From the NCBI GenBank assembly GCA_009991595.1, contig JAACVK010000028.1, forward strand, positions 4,137 through 68,136: DNA of 64,000 nucleotides, given 5' to 3'. The notes under the pieces were generated by a model. The model did no database searches. It was given only the letters and a program-made list of their open reading frames with translations, and had not been told where the DNA came from. The first letter of the stretch is position 1. Each line of letters starts with the position of its first letter. The position numbers were made by a program, and so were the translations under genes. This DNA comes from a bacterium (GTDB lineage Bacteria; Bdellovibrionota; UBA2428). Of this stretch, positions 56,075-64,000 are shown in pieces.

Positions 56075-57700
56075 ATGAAGCGCACAATCAAAGCTCTAAT
56101 GGATCTCGCAAACTTAAGGCAATTTTTCATCGCATTTTTCATCTCGATGATCGCATTGAACCTCTATTTCTATTTCTACATGCCCATGCTGCTTTGGAAT
56201 CTAGTCCTAACCGCGCCTCCGCTTTTAGTTGGACTTTATGACGTCACCCAAACCTCTCACACCATCCTCAGAAACTTCCCAATCATTGGGCACTTTCGCT
56301 ACGTATTAGAAGCCATTCGGCCTGAGATAAATCAGTATTTCATTGAATCCAACCAAGACGGCAAACCTTTCTCCAGAGAACTTAGATCTCTCATCTATCA
56401 AAGGTCTAAAAGAGTCTTAGACACCATTCCCTTTGGCACCCAAGACGATGTGTATGCAACTGGCTATGAATGGATCACTCACTCTTTTGCCCCAAAACAC
56501 TTTAGCGCCCAACAGCTACGAATCATGGTCGGCGGAGATGAATGCAAACATAAATACAATGCGAGCATTATGAACATCTCAGCGATGAGCTACGGAGCTT
56601 TGAGCACAAACGCCATTCGCGCTCTGAACGGTGGAGCTAAAGATGGCAACTTCGCGCACAACACCGGAGAAGGTGGCATTAGCCCGTATCATTTAGAAAA
56701 CGGCGGCGATCTTATTTGGCAAATTGGGACTGGCTATTTTGGCTGTCGAAATCGAGACGGCACCTTCAATGGAGACCTCTTTAAAGAGGGAGCTCAAAGA
56801 CCAGAAGTTAAAATGATTGAACTCAAGCTTTCTCAAGGAGCTAAACCTGGACACGGCGGTATTTTACCTAAAGAAAAAGTCACCCGTGAAATTGCAGATA
56901 TTCGAAAAATTGTCATGGGAGAAGATGTTCTTTCTCCACCAGGACACTCTGCTTTCTCCACTCCAATAGAACTTTGTTTGTTTATACAAAAGATGAGGGA
57001 ACTTTCTGGAGGAAAGCCCGTAGGATTTAAGTTTTGCCTAGGCAAGAGATATGAGTTCATTTCAGTTTGCAAAGCCATGATTGAAACAGGCATCCTCCCG
57101 GATTACATCGCCGTAGACGCTGGCGAAGGAGGAACAGGAGCCGCTCCCGCAGAATTCTCAAACTCTGTAGGCTTTCCCGGTATTGATGGACAACTCTTTG
57201 TTCACAACGCTTTGATTGGTTTTGGACTTCGCCGGAGAATCAGACTCATTGCCTCGGGACGACTAGTCACAGGCTTCCATGTTATAAAACGCTTAGCCCT
57301 AGGCGCCGACATGGTTTACTCAGCAAGAGCGATGATGATGGCCATGGGCTGCATTCAAGCCCTCCGCTGCAATAACAACACCTGTCCCACTGGAATTGCC
57401 ACTCAAGACAAGCGATTAGTCGCGGGATTAGTGCCATCCATTAAACGCGACAGAGTGAAGAACTACCATGCTGAAACAATGAAAAGCACTGCTGAACTGC
57501 TGGGAGCCATTGGCCTCAACGAATTGAACCAACTTCGTCCTTTTCACATTATTCGAAGAGCAAGTCCTCAACGACACTACACTTATGATGAACTCTTTGA
57601 GTTTATTCCGGACGGATCGCTGCTAGGTCCAAACGTACCCAGTAGCTTTAAATTTTACTTAGAAGGCACCAAGGCTAGCTCTTTCGATCGCAATGCCTAA
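56075..57700 (+). CDS. membrane-anchored FMN-binding glutamate synthase-domain protein (GltB central domain family)
   Basis: 541 aa. Two N-terminal TM helices. The C-terminal GFPGIDG ... LIASGRLVTG ... ALGADMVYSARAMMMAMGCIQALRCNNNTCPTGIATQD region is the conserved GltS FMN-domain C-terminus. Confidence 0.7.
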   Translation: MKRTIKALMDLANLRQFFIAFFISMIALNLYFYFYMPMLLWNLVLTAPPLLVGLYDVTQTSHTILRNFPIIGHFRYVLEAIRPEINQYFIESNQDGKPFSRELRSLIYQRSKRVLDTIPFGTQDDVYATGYEWITHSFAPKHFSAQQLRIMVGGDECKHKYNASIMNISAMSYGALSTNAIRALNGGAKDGNFAHNTGEGGISPYHLENGGDLIWQIGTGYFGCRNRDGTFNGDLFKEGAQRPEVKMIELKLSQGAKPGHGGILPKEKVTREIADIRKIVMGEDVLSPPGHSAFSTPIELCLFIQKMRELSGGKPVGFKFCLGKRYEFISVCKAMIETGILPDYIAVDAGEGGTGAAPAEFSNSVGFPGIDGQLFVHNALIGFGLRRRIRLIASGRLVTGFHVIKRLALGADMVYSARAMMMAMGCIQALRCNNNTCPTGIATQDKRLVAGLVPSIKRDRVKNYHAETMKSTAELLGAIGLNELNQLRPFHIIRRASPQRHYTYDELFEFIPDGSLLGPNVPSSFKFYLEGTKASSFDRNA

Positions 57701-59636
57701 AAAAGCTTCTCTTCTTTTATTAAGCGTTCTCCTTTTCCTCGGACATGCTTTGAGTTTTGCCACGTCTTATGTCGGCATGAATGAGGCAAAACTCAAAGAT
57801 ACGTTGTGGAGGTGTCGACTCTCAATTCCAATCTTAGGAATTCCTAAACATCCCAAACTGCAATATCCAATTTTCGACCCGGAAGTTCATCCAGTGCCTG
57901 TTGATATTTTATTTCCCGATCTTCAACCCGATGCAATCGTATTGGAATACCTGAACCTAACTGAAATTGAACAGCTTGCTGCCGTTACAGCTTGTGCACG
58001 AAGATTGGATGCTATGTGCAAATCACTCTTTCAGACCCTCCTGATACAAAGCAAGCACGTCTCTGTGCGAAAGAAAGTTGCTTTGGAGATATCCAGTAAC
58101 CCACAAAACCAGGGAGTTCCTCTCGCAAGACTCTGGCTGGCCCAACACTTAGAGCCAGATCCTGAGCTAGCCTCTCTACTTGAAACTTTAGCTTCTAATA
58201 CTAAGAATGAAGCGACTCGGTACAATAGAGAGCAGCAAAGCTACTCGAAGTTAGAGGTTAGAGATGCTTTCTTTTCAGAAAACTTAAGCCCCTCTGAAAA
58301 ACAAGTCCTCAGCGAAAAAGTCCGAATGGGAAGAAGTCCAGTCTATCATACTGAAGAAGCAATCTTCATCGAGCTAGCAAAACACCATCGACGAACTATT
58401 TTAAAGTATCAAAATGAAATTAAAAGAGCCAAGCGAGCCGTGTCTAAAGAGCAGAATAACAACAAAAAAGCGATCAAGCAGCAGGTTTTGGAAAAGCTAG
58501 AGGCTGAGTACATTGAACTTATTCAATACATCGATAAGACCAGGCTTTACTTCAGAGACGGACTCTACAGTAGAGAGTTAGCCCGGATACATGATTTAAA
58601 CATGGGACAAATCAAAGCGGTCTTAGCAGATTCAAGCCTCATCAATAACCGCTACTTTCCAAACGCCACCCAACCTTTTACAGCAGGCCAACCCGCTTAT
58701 GTCGTACAATCAACCGGAACACTTGAAGTCGCGCGTGGATGGGGCGGAAAAGCCAATCAGTTCGCCGGATTCTATCAACCTCCGCGCTTGTCTGCATTTT
58801 TATCCTCCGAAGAAATCCGAGAGATTGTAGCCACACCGTCTCTTAACTCACACTCATATTGGAGTTTTTTCAAAGTGCCCGCCAATCACTTCATGGTGCT
58901 TGGACTCGTTGCACCTCAACGCGAACTCAATGCTGGAGTGAAAAAGGATTGGGGAATTGGTGGAAACGGTGGTGAACTCCAATATTGGGCACCTCAAACA
59001 TTTGAATACGACAGTTCAAAATGGAGCCAAGGCTTTTTACCTTCCGAAACTCACCAATGGAGCATCAAGGTTTCTTTAGTTTCTGAAAGAGTCCGAAATC
59101 TTCAAAAAGCTGCCTTAAACCAAAGAAATGATTTTGAAAAGCTAGCCTACCTATGGACATCTATTCAAGACGAACTAAACAAGCAGCCCCAAAACACTGA
59201 AAAGCAAAAAGCTGCACTCCTTTCAGAAAGAAACTCTATTAGAGACTATTTTTTAGAAATCATAAAAATGTCATTAGATGAAAAGGGCCGCTATTTCAAA
59301 GATGGTTACGATCAAGAACGTGGAAACTTAAGTCGCCTTGCCCTATGGTCAGTCGACATAAAAAGAGTCGAATCCGAAACAAAGATCTTACTAGAAAATT
59401 TGTTTGACCAAGCAGGAACGTCAGAAACAAAACCGAGTGCTGAAGCTTTGACTCAAGCATTTTACCGTCAGATCGAAGAAGAAATAGATAAGATCACTAG
59501 CGACTGGAAACCACCTTTTCCTGCAGGGCCAAAAACTGAGGCTCTTAGAGTTGAGTATACAAATGAGTTAAAGAAGAACCTAATTCCAAGACCTTCCTCT
59601 ATGAGCGATGAGAATCCCTCAAGAATCGAGCGATAG
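57693..59636 (+). CDS. large hypothetical secreted protein
   Basis: 647 aa. Signal peptide MPKKASLLLLSVLLFLGHALSFA. 8-bp overlap with the upstream gene. No known motif. Confidence 0.5.
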   Translation: MPKKASLLLLSVLLFLGHALSFATSYVGMNEAKLKDTLWRCRLSIPILGIPKHPKLQYPIFDPEVHPVPVDILFPDLQPDAIVLEYLNLTEIEQLAAVTACARRLDAMCKSLFQTLLIQSKHVSVRKKVALEISSNPQNQGVPLARLWLAQHLEPDPELASLLETLASNTKNEATRYNREQQSYSKLEVRDAFFSENLSPSEKQVLSEKVRMGRSPVYHTEEAIFIELAKHHRRTILKYQNEIKRAKRAVSKEQNNNKKAIKQQVLEKLEAEYIELIQYIDKTRLYFRDGLYSRELARIHDLNMGQIKAVLADSSLINNRYFPNATQPFTAGQPAYVVQSTGTLEVARGWGGKANQFAGFYQPPRLSAFLSSEEIREIVATPSLNSHSYWSFFKVPANHFMVLGLVAPQRELNAGVKKDWGIGGNGGELQYWAPQTFEYDSSKWSQGFLPSETHQWSIKVSLVSERVRNLQKAALNQRNDFEKLAYLWTSIQDELNKQPQNTEKQKAALLSERNSIRDYFLEIIKMSLDEKGRYFKDGYDQERGNLSRLALWSVDIKRVESETKILLENLFDQAGTSETKPSAEALTQAFYRQIEEEIDKITSDWKPPFPAGPKTEALRVEYTNELKKNLIPRPSSMSDENPSRIER

Positions 59637-59643
59637 CGCTGCA

Positions 59644-60228
59644 CTATTCACAATAGCTAGAACTTGTTCCGCAAGGAAGGTCATTGAAAAACAATCTAAT
59701 TCCTGTAAACAAAGCATAAGCAGCCGTGCCTTCGAAATAATAATCGGCATGACCTCCAACAAAAAATTCAAACCCAGAGCCAATATATAGCTTTGGCGCA
59801 AACTCGATGAAAAAGCCCTCGGTATTCGAATCTAAGTCTCTATACACGAAAGAGGCCTCCAATGAGGTCGTCCTTTGGAGCTGAGCAAAGCCAGCGGAGA
59901 GAGTAAAATATTTCCTCCAGTAAACAGACCCCAAAGATAACCGACGGGCATTCACCTTACTAAGAGCCTTTGAATCCTGCCAATGATAGGCTTGATACCC
60001 AATCAGGACTCCCCAGTTTTTCCAAGTTTCCGTATTACCTCGAAACCCAATCCCAAAACTAGGAGCACTCAAATTAGACACGGTAGCCTGATCTATTCTG
60101 CTTTCGAAACTCAAGAGATGATAAGAGCCTTGAAAAAATGGAACAGCAAAGCAAGCGGTAGACCCGAAAAAAAGGACAGTTAAGAATAAAAGTTTAATCC
60201 GCTGATTCAATTCTGGTCGCACTCTCAA
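59644..60228 (-). CDS. putative outer-membrane beta-barrel protein
   Basis: 194 aa. Signal peptide. Alternating aromatic/hydrophobic strands. A Y/F-rich C-terminal region with a terminal aromatic strand (ALFTGIRLFF). Confidence 0.45.
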   Translation of the reverse strand: MRVRPELNQRIKLLFLTVLFFGSTACFAVPFFQGSYHLLSFESRIDQATVSNLSAPSFGIGFRGNTETWKNWGVLIGYQAYHWQDSKALSKVNARRLSLGSVYWRKYFTLSAGFAQLQRTTSLEASFVYRDLDSNTEGFFIEFAPKLYIGSGFEFFVGGHADYYFEGTAAYALFTGIRLFFNDLPCGTSSSYCE

Positions 60229-60248
60229 AAAGCAGGCTGCTTGAGTGC

Positions 60249-60644
60249 TTAGTCTACTACGTATCTACACTCCCAGCGATCAACTAAATCAGAAACTCCG
60301 TCTGGAAAATGATCAGTGTTGGTGTAGCTCAAACTCACAATTGTCTTTCTTACAGATTGCCCTTCGAGGGCGCCCTTTAAATCCAATCGAATGGATGTCG
60401 TTTTAAGGAGCCGCTTGAGCTTAGCATATCCTTGAAGATTGTTATCGTGTGCATTGTTAGCTTTATCATAGGAAGCGGCTTGTGCTTCTACAGATTGATC
60501 TAGCTCGCTCATGTTCCAAAGACTTGGACAATCCTGCTCTGTAGCGCCCTTTGCTGAAATACGAGTCAGAGACATTTCTTCAGTTTCTTGAGCAGAGACT
60601 GAAAAAGCAAAAATCGATAAAATTGCAATGAAAGCAAACCGCAT
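60249..60644 (-). CDS. small hypothetical secreted protein
   Basis: 132 aa from ATG 60644 (AGGAG RBS 11 nt upstream). Signal peptide MRRMRFAFIAILSIFAFSVSA. The N-terminal 186 codons of the track ORF 60249..61211 overlap phnE out of frame and are treated as artefact. Confidence 0.5.
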   Translation of the reverse strand: MRFAFIAILSIFAFSVSAQETEEMSLTRISAKGATEQDCPSLWNMSELDQSVEAQAASYDKANNAHDNNLQGYAKLKRLLKTTSIRLDLKGALEGQSVRKTIVSLSYTNTDHFPDGVSDLVDRWECRYVVD

Positions 60645-60793
60645 CCTGCGCATACTTTTGAACACTCCTTCTTGAGATGTGCGCAATATATCACAAATTA
60701 CGCAATGCGTCAAAGGGTTTGTAAAAGAAGATATCTTGCAAGTGACTGATTTTACTAGCCACACCACCACAGATTGCGCCCCACAGAAGGCTT

Positions 60794-61819
60794 TTACTTC
60801 AAAGCTTCGCGGAGGTAGGCCGAAGCTGTGTCCATAAGCCACACAACTGCAGCAATCACGACGATGATGCACCCTACTTCTGGCCAGAGGGCTTGCCCTT
60901 GATATTTGATAAGCATGGTTCCAATACCACCACCGCCTACCAAACCAATGATCGTGGCCATTCGAACGTTGATGTCCCAACGATAGATTGTAAAAGCCAC
61001 GTAAGGAAGAATTACTTGCGGCACAATGGCAAACCAAATGGTCTGTAAAAAACCAGCGCCCGTTGAACGAATCCCCTCGATGGGCCCCTCGTTCACAGCT
61101 TCTGTGATTTCTGAATACTGTTTGGCCAAGGAAGCTACAGAATGCAAACACAAGGCCAACATTCCAGCAAAAGGTCCAATCCCCACCCAAACAGAAAAGA
61201 TGATCGCCCAAATGAGCGCTTCCACAGAGCGAGTCACGTTAAGAACCGTTCTCAAAAAAGCATAGAGCATAAAGCCATAGCGAGAAGTCATGATATTTTT
61301 TGCACAGAAAAAGCTTAGAATGAAGGCCAAAGGAATGGCTAAGATGGTCGCCATAAACGCAATGAAGATGGTTTCAATAATTTTGAGAACCGCTAAAGGA
61401 AAAATACCAAAGTTAGGACTTGCTAGCCCCTTAAACAATCTCATCGCTCCTGCAAATCCATCCGGGTCTGTGAGTTCGTAAAAAGAAAACTTAGTTTGGT
61501 TGATCCCTACTAAAATGGTGACCAACAAAGTCATCCACAACTGCCAACACCACAGTTTTGTAAAACCAGCCTCAGTTTGAGAAGGATCTTTCTTGTGAGA
61601 GGGCGCAAAAATAATTTGGCCTAAAGTGATCTTGGAACTCTTGTTAAGCAAGATTGAAACAACACAACCCACCCCCACTAAAACGAAGGCAAGAGCAAAG
61701 TTATAATTCATGTTGAGCATTTGCTCTTCGCTTGGGCTTAAAAACACAACTAGGGCAATCAATGCCAAATAAGCAAAAATCACGCTATCAAAAACAGTTC
61801 TTTTAAACGAATAACTCAT
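60794..61819 (-). CDS. phnE: phosphonate/phosphite ABC transporter permease
   Basis: 341 aa. PhnE-type EAA-loop region and multiple TM helices (ALIWAIIFSVWVGIGPFAGMLAL). Follows phnC and phnD. Confidence 0.75.
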   Translation of the reverse strand: MSYSFKRTVFDSVIFAYLALIALVVFLSPSEEQMLNMNYNFALAFVLVGVGCVVSILLNKSSKITLGQIIFAPSHKKDPSQTEAGFTKLWCWQLWMTLLVTILVGINQTKFSFYELTDPDGFAGAMRLFKGLASPNFGIFPLAVLKIIETIFIAFMATILAIPLAFILSFFCAKNIMTSRYGFMLYAFLRTVLNVTRSVEALIWAIIFSVWVGIGPFAGMLALCLHSVASLAKQYSEITEAVNEGPIEGIRSTGAGFLQTIWFAIVPQVILPYVAFTIYRWDINVRMATIIGLVGGGGIGTMLIKYQGQALWPEVGCIIVVIAAVVWLMDTASAYLREALK

Positions 61820-61831
61820 CGATCTCTTCCC

Positions 61832-62602
61832 TTAATTGACGTGAACTTCTTTGGCGCCGGCACCATAAATAGTTTCAAACCATTCTTCGTTAATTTCTTT
61901 TGGATCGCCCTCATAGACGAGCTCTCCATCCTTAAGGGCAATCACGCGAGTCGCATACTGACGAACCAAGCTTAAAAAATGCAGGTTACAAATAATAGTA
62001 ATGCCTAACTCTTGATTCACCTTTCGAAGATAGTCCATTACGGTATGACAGGTGGCAGGATCTAAACTCGCCACAGGTTCATCCGCTAAAAGCACTTTAG
62101 GATTCTGAGCCAAAGCACGAGCAATCGCCACTCGTTGCTGCTGACCACCCGAGAGTTGATCGGCCCTAATGTGCGCTTTGGATCCGATTCCAACCAAATC
62201 CAAATAGCGAAGAGCTTCTTCTTTTGCTTTCGGATCAAACTTTCCAAACAAGCTAGCCAGAGTGGACGTGTAACCCAATCGACCCATCATCACATTCGAT
62301 AAAACTGTATGCCTCGGTATGAGATTAAAGTGCTGGAAGATCATCCCCATCTGCTTCCGAATGTCTCTCACTTCGTGGCCTTGAATTTTTGCGATGTCTT
62401 TATTTTCAAACAACACTTCGCCACCGGTCGGATCGTGAAGTCGATTAAGACATCTGAGCAAAGTGGACTTCCCTGATCCCGACAGACCAATCACAACTAA
62501 GAACTCACCCTTTTTTACATCAAAGGAAACGCCTTTCAGAGCGCGCACACCATTTGGATAAGTTTTTTCAAGATTCTTAATGGACAGTATCGTTGAATTC
62601 AT
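61832..62602 (-). CDS. phnC: phosphonate ABC transporter ATP-binding protein
   Basis: 256 aa. Walker A GLSGSGKST, signature LSGGQQQR, Walker B LLADEP. Confidence 0.85.
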   Translation of the reverse strand: MNSTILSIKNLEKTYPNGVRALKGVSFDVKKGEFLVVIGLSGSGKSTLLRCLNRLHDPTGGEVLFENKDIAKIQGHEVRDIRKQMGMIFQHFNLIPRHTVLSNVMMGRLGYTSTLASLFGKFDPKAKEEALRYLDLVGIGSKAHIRADQLSGGQQQRVAIARALAQNPKVLLADEPVASLDPATCHTVMDYLRKVNQELGITIICNLHFLSLVRQYATRVIALKDGELVYEGDPKEINEEWFETIYGAGAKEVHVN

Positions 62603-62619
62603 TCCATTCTCTCTCTTTT

Positions 62620-63543
62620 TTATTTTTGAGTCGCCAGAGTTTCTGCTTTTACTCCAGTAGTTTCCAAAATTTCTCGGACAGCGTCATAATCAGAGTCTTT
62701 AGCCGGGATAAAATCGGTCGCCCCGTAGATTTTGTAAAAAGCATCTTTTCCTTCTGGAGTTTTTACAAAAGAAAGGAAAGCATCAATCACTACTTTTTCA
62801 ATTTCAGCTGGTAAATCTTTTCGAAATACAATTGGATCATTGGGAATTGGATCAGAGAGTTGAATAATTCCAACTTTCTCTTCAATGTCTGGATATTGAG
62901 TCTTCACTAAGCGACGAGCGTCTTGAATTTTTCCTTCAGCTTCGGGTGAATAGAAAGTAGCGCCCGCATCTACCTGACCTTGGTAGATCATAGAAACCAC
63001 ACTGTCGTGCCTCATGGCGAAAACAGTTTCAGAAGGATTAATGTTCTTTTCTTTCAATACTTTTAAAGGCAGTAAGTATCCAGAGGTGGAAGCCGGATCG
63101 ACATAAGCCATTTTTTTGCCTTCAATGTCTTCAATCTTTTTAATCGGCCCGCCCTTTTTGGCTAAAAACTGCGCTTGGTAGGTAGGCAGCCCAAAGCGAA
63201 TGACGGTCAGCTTAGCTTGCGCGCCATACCTTTCGTTGGCCATCAAATAGCCAAAGGTATTAATGGCAGCAATGTCGGCTCGCTTGGTTCCAAGAGCCTC
63301 TACTACCGCCACGAAACTTGCAGGAATAGCGATCTCATATTTGTAGGGAGTATTGGCTTCAAGATATTTTTGAATGGTCTTAGTGTTGTCTTCGATGACT
63401 TTCACGTCTACCGAAGGAACAAAGTATATTTTGATTGGGTTCTCTGCGCTTCCAAGTGGCCCGCGCTCCCTCGTGCAAGAAGCTGTAGATCCAATCAGAA
63501 TTAAAGAAAAAAGATAAATTGATAATTTCTGGATGAGTTTCAT
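62620..63543 (-). CDS. phnD: phosphonate/phosphite ABC transporter substrate-binding lipoprotein
   Basis: ATG 63543 with AAGGAG RBS. Lipoprotein signal MKLIQKLSIYLFSLILIGSTASC. PhnD-family periplasmic binding fold (YVDPASTSGYL). Confidence 0.75.
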   Translation of the reverse strand: MKLIQKLSIYLFSLILIGSTASCTRERGPLGSAENPIKIYFVPSVDVKVIEDNTKTIQKYLEANTPYKYEIAIPASFVAVVEALGTKRADIAAINTFGYLMANERYGAQAKLTVIRFGLPTYQAQFLAKKGGPIKKIEDIEGKKMAYVDPASTSGYLLPLKVLKEKNINPSETVFAMRHDSVVSMIYQGQVDAGATFYSPEAEGKIQDARRLVKTQYPDIEEKVGIIQLSDPIPNDPIVFRKDLPAEIEKVVIDAFLSFVKTPEGKDAFYKIYGATDFIPAKDSDYDAVREILETTGVKAETLATQK

Positions 63544-63680
63544 GGGTTTCTCCTTGGTTGAACAGGGGGGGAGACAGATTTGAGTCATTTCCGGGGTAGA
63601 TCTAACAAAAATCCCCCCAAGGGCCAAGCGAAAGGAAATCAGATTTTGGTGAGGGCGAATGTCACGTTAAGTGCCTGATT

Positions 63681-63965
63681 TTAAATAGCTTGAGCCTCGC
63701 AGCTTGCAATGCCAGCGCGTTGTTTTGCGTGCTCGTAGGGAAGCTCTTGTTTTATTTCATTCCCTTGAGCGTCTTTCACACCACTTCGAATCGCATAGGT
63801 GAATTCATCCGTGGTCTTAGCTATCTCGCCTAGCTTCTTAGCATTCTGTGGCGCATCGACCCGAGTGAAGATCATTTTTGAATACTTATCTTGGGCCACA
63901 CACTTTGAACCCAAGCCACTCTTATAAGTTCCCTCGTCTTTGCTATTGGCCGTGTAGAAACACAT
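63681..63965 (-). CDS. hypothetical protein (5' end may extend beyond the window)
   Basis: 94-aa ORF. The reading frame stays open upstream of the annotated Met to the window edge. Confidence 0.3.
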   Translation of the reverse strand: MCFYTANSKDEGTYKSGLGSKCVAQDKYSKMIFTRVDAPQNAKKLGEIAKTTDEFTYAIRSGVKDAQGNEIKQELPYEHAKQRAGIASCEAQAI

Positions 63966-64000
63966 TAGCTTTTTACCGCCTTCTTCTTTCCAACCTAAGA

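Noticed and set aside
60645-61211. N-terminal 186 codons of track ORF 60249..61211
   Set aside because: This stretch overlaps phnE on the same strand in another frame, is Cys/His/Trp-rich and looks non-protein-like. The real gene is taken as the signal-peptide protein starting at ATG 60644, which has an AGGAG RBS.
63544-63627. Upstream extension of the phnD ORF (MALGGIFVRSTPEMTQICLPPCSTKEKP)
   Set aside because: The lipoprotein signal peptide and a strong AAGGAG RBS begin at ATG 63543. The upstream part is treated as 5' leader containing a G6/C6 hairpin.
63560-63680. Possible Pho box upstream of phnD
   Set aside because: GTGACAT / CCCTCAC segments do not match the CTGTCAT-N4-CTGTCAT direct-repeat consensus convincingly.
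1-64000. Mobile elements, prophage, defence systems (RM, TA, CRISPR, retron)
   Set aside because: No integrase, transposase, recombinase, phage structural, Cas, nuclease/ATPase defence pair or toxin-antitoxin-like small gene pair was recognisable in any frame.

Overview
This 64 kb window is almost entirely a Gram-negative chromosomal core; no prophage, transposase, integrase, CRISPR array, rRNA or tRNA was found. GC looks to be in the mid-40s percent by eye (not computed). Many ORFs have signal peptides, lipoboxes or outer-membrane features, and the region encodes KDO biosynthesis, MreCD-PBP2 and a PpiD-like chaperone.

The content is overwhelmingly housekeeping, in this order:
- An aminotransferase / CoA-transferase A-B operon, divergent from a thiolase.
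- NlpC/P60, then a gloB-thioesterase pair.
- dsbA-like, tmk, holB, PSP1(ricT-like), tatD, an RmlD-like gene, a CheY-like response regulator and birA.
- trmL, rpsI-rplM, then fadI-fadJ-kdsD-kdsB-kdsA.
- ppiD-like, mreC-mreD-mrdA, trxA-hslO.
- A heme-biosynthesis neighbourhood: hemA, a degenerate hemC-like gene, hemH, hemY, hemE, a Calx-beta esterase, and hemC with a C-terminal extension.
- slt, rnc-era-der and phnD-phnC-phnE.

The rest is hypothetical secreted or membrane proteins, including a run of large secreted proteins with an ATP-grasp enzyme at 48-52.7 kb and a membrane-anchored glutamate-synthase-domain protein plus a large secreted protein at 56-59.6 kb.

No defence island or mobile system is evident. 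The most unusual items are:
1. A catalytically degenerate HemC paralog with a histone-H1-like lysine-rich N-tail, sitting directly after hemA. Its start overlaps the hemA 3' end at an A_AAA_AAA slippery run.
2. A 30-bp, 29/30-paired hairpin that begins at the birA stop codon.
3. A 14-bp perfect inverted repeat that brackets both candidate trmL start codons.
4. Lysine-rich extensions on L13 and the HemC-like protein.
5. A class-III aminotransferase co-operonic with CoA-transferase A/B and divergent from a thiolase across an imperfect palindrome.

All calls rest on reading the translated ORFs and the sequence by eye. No database search was run.
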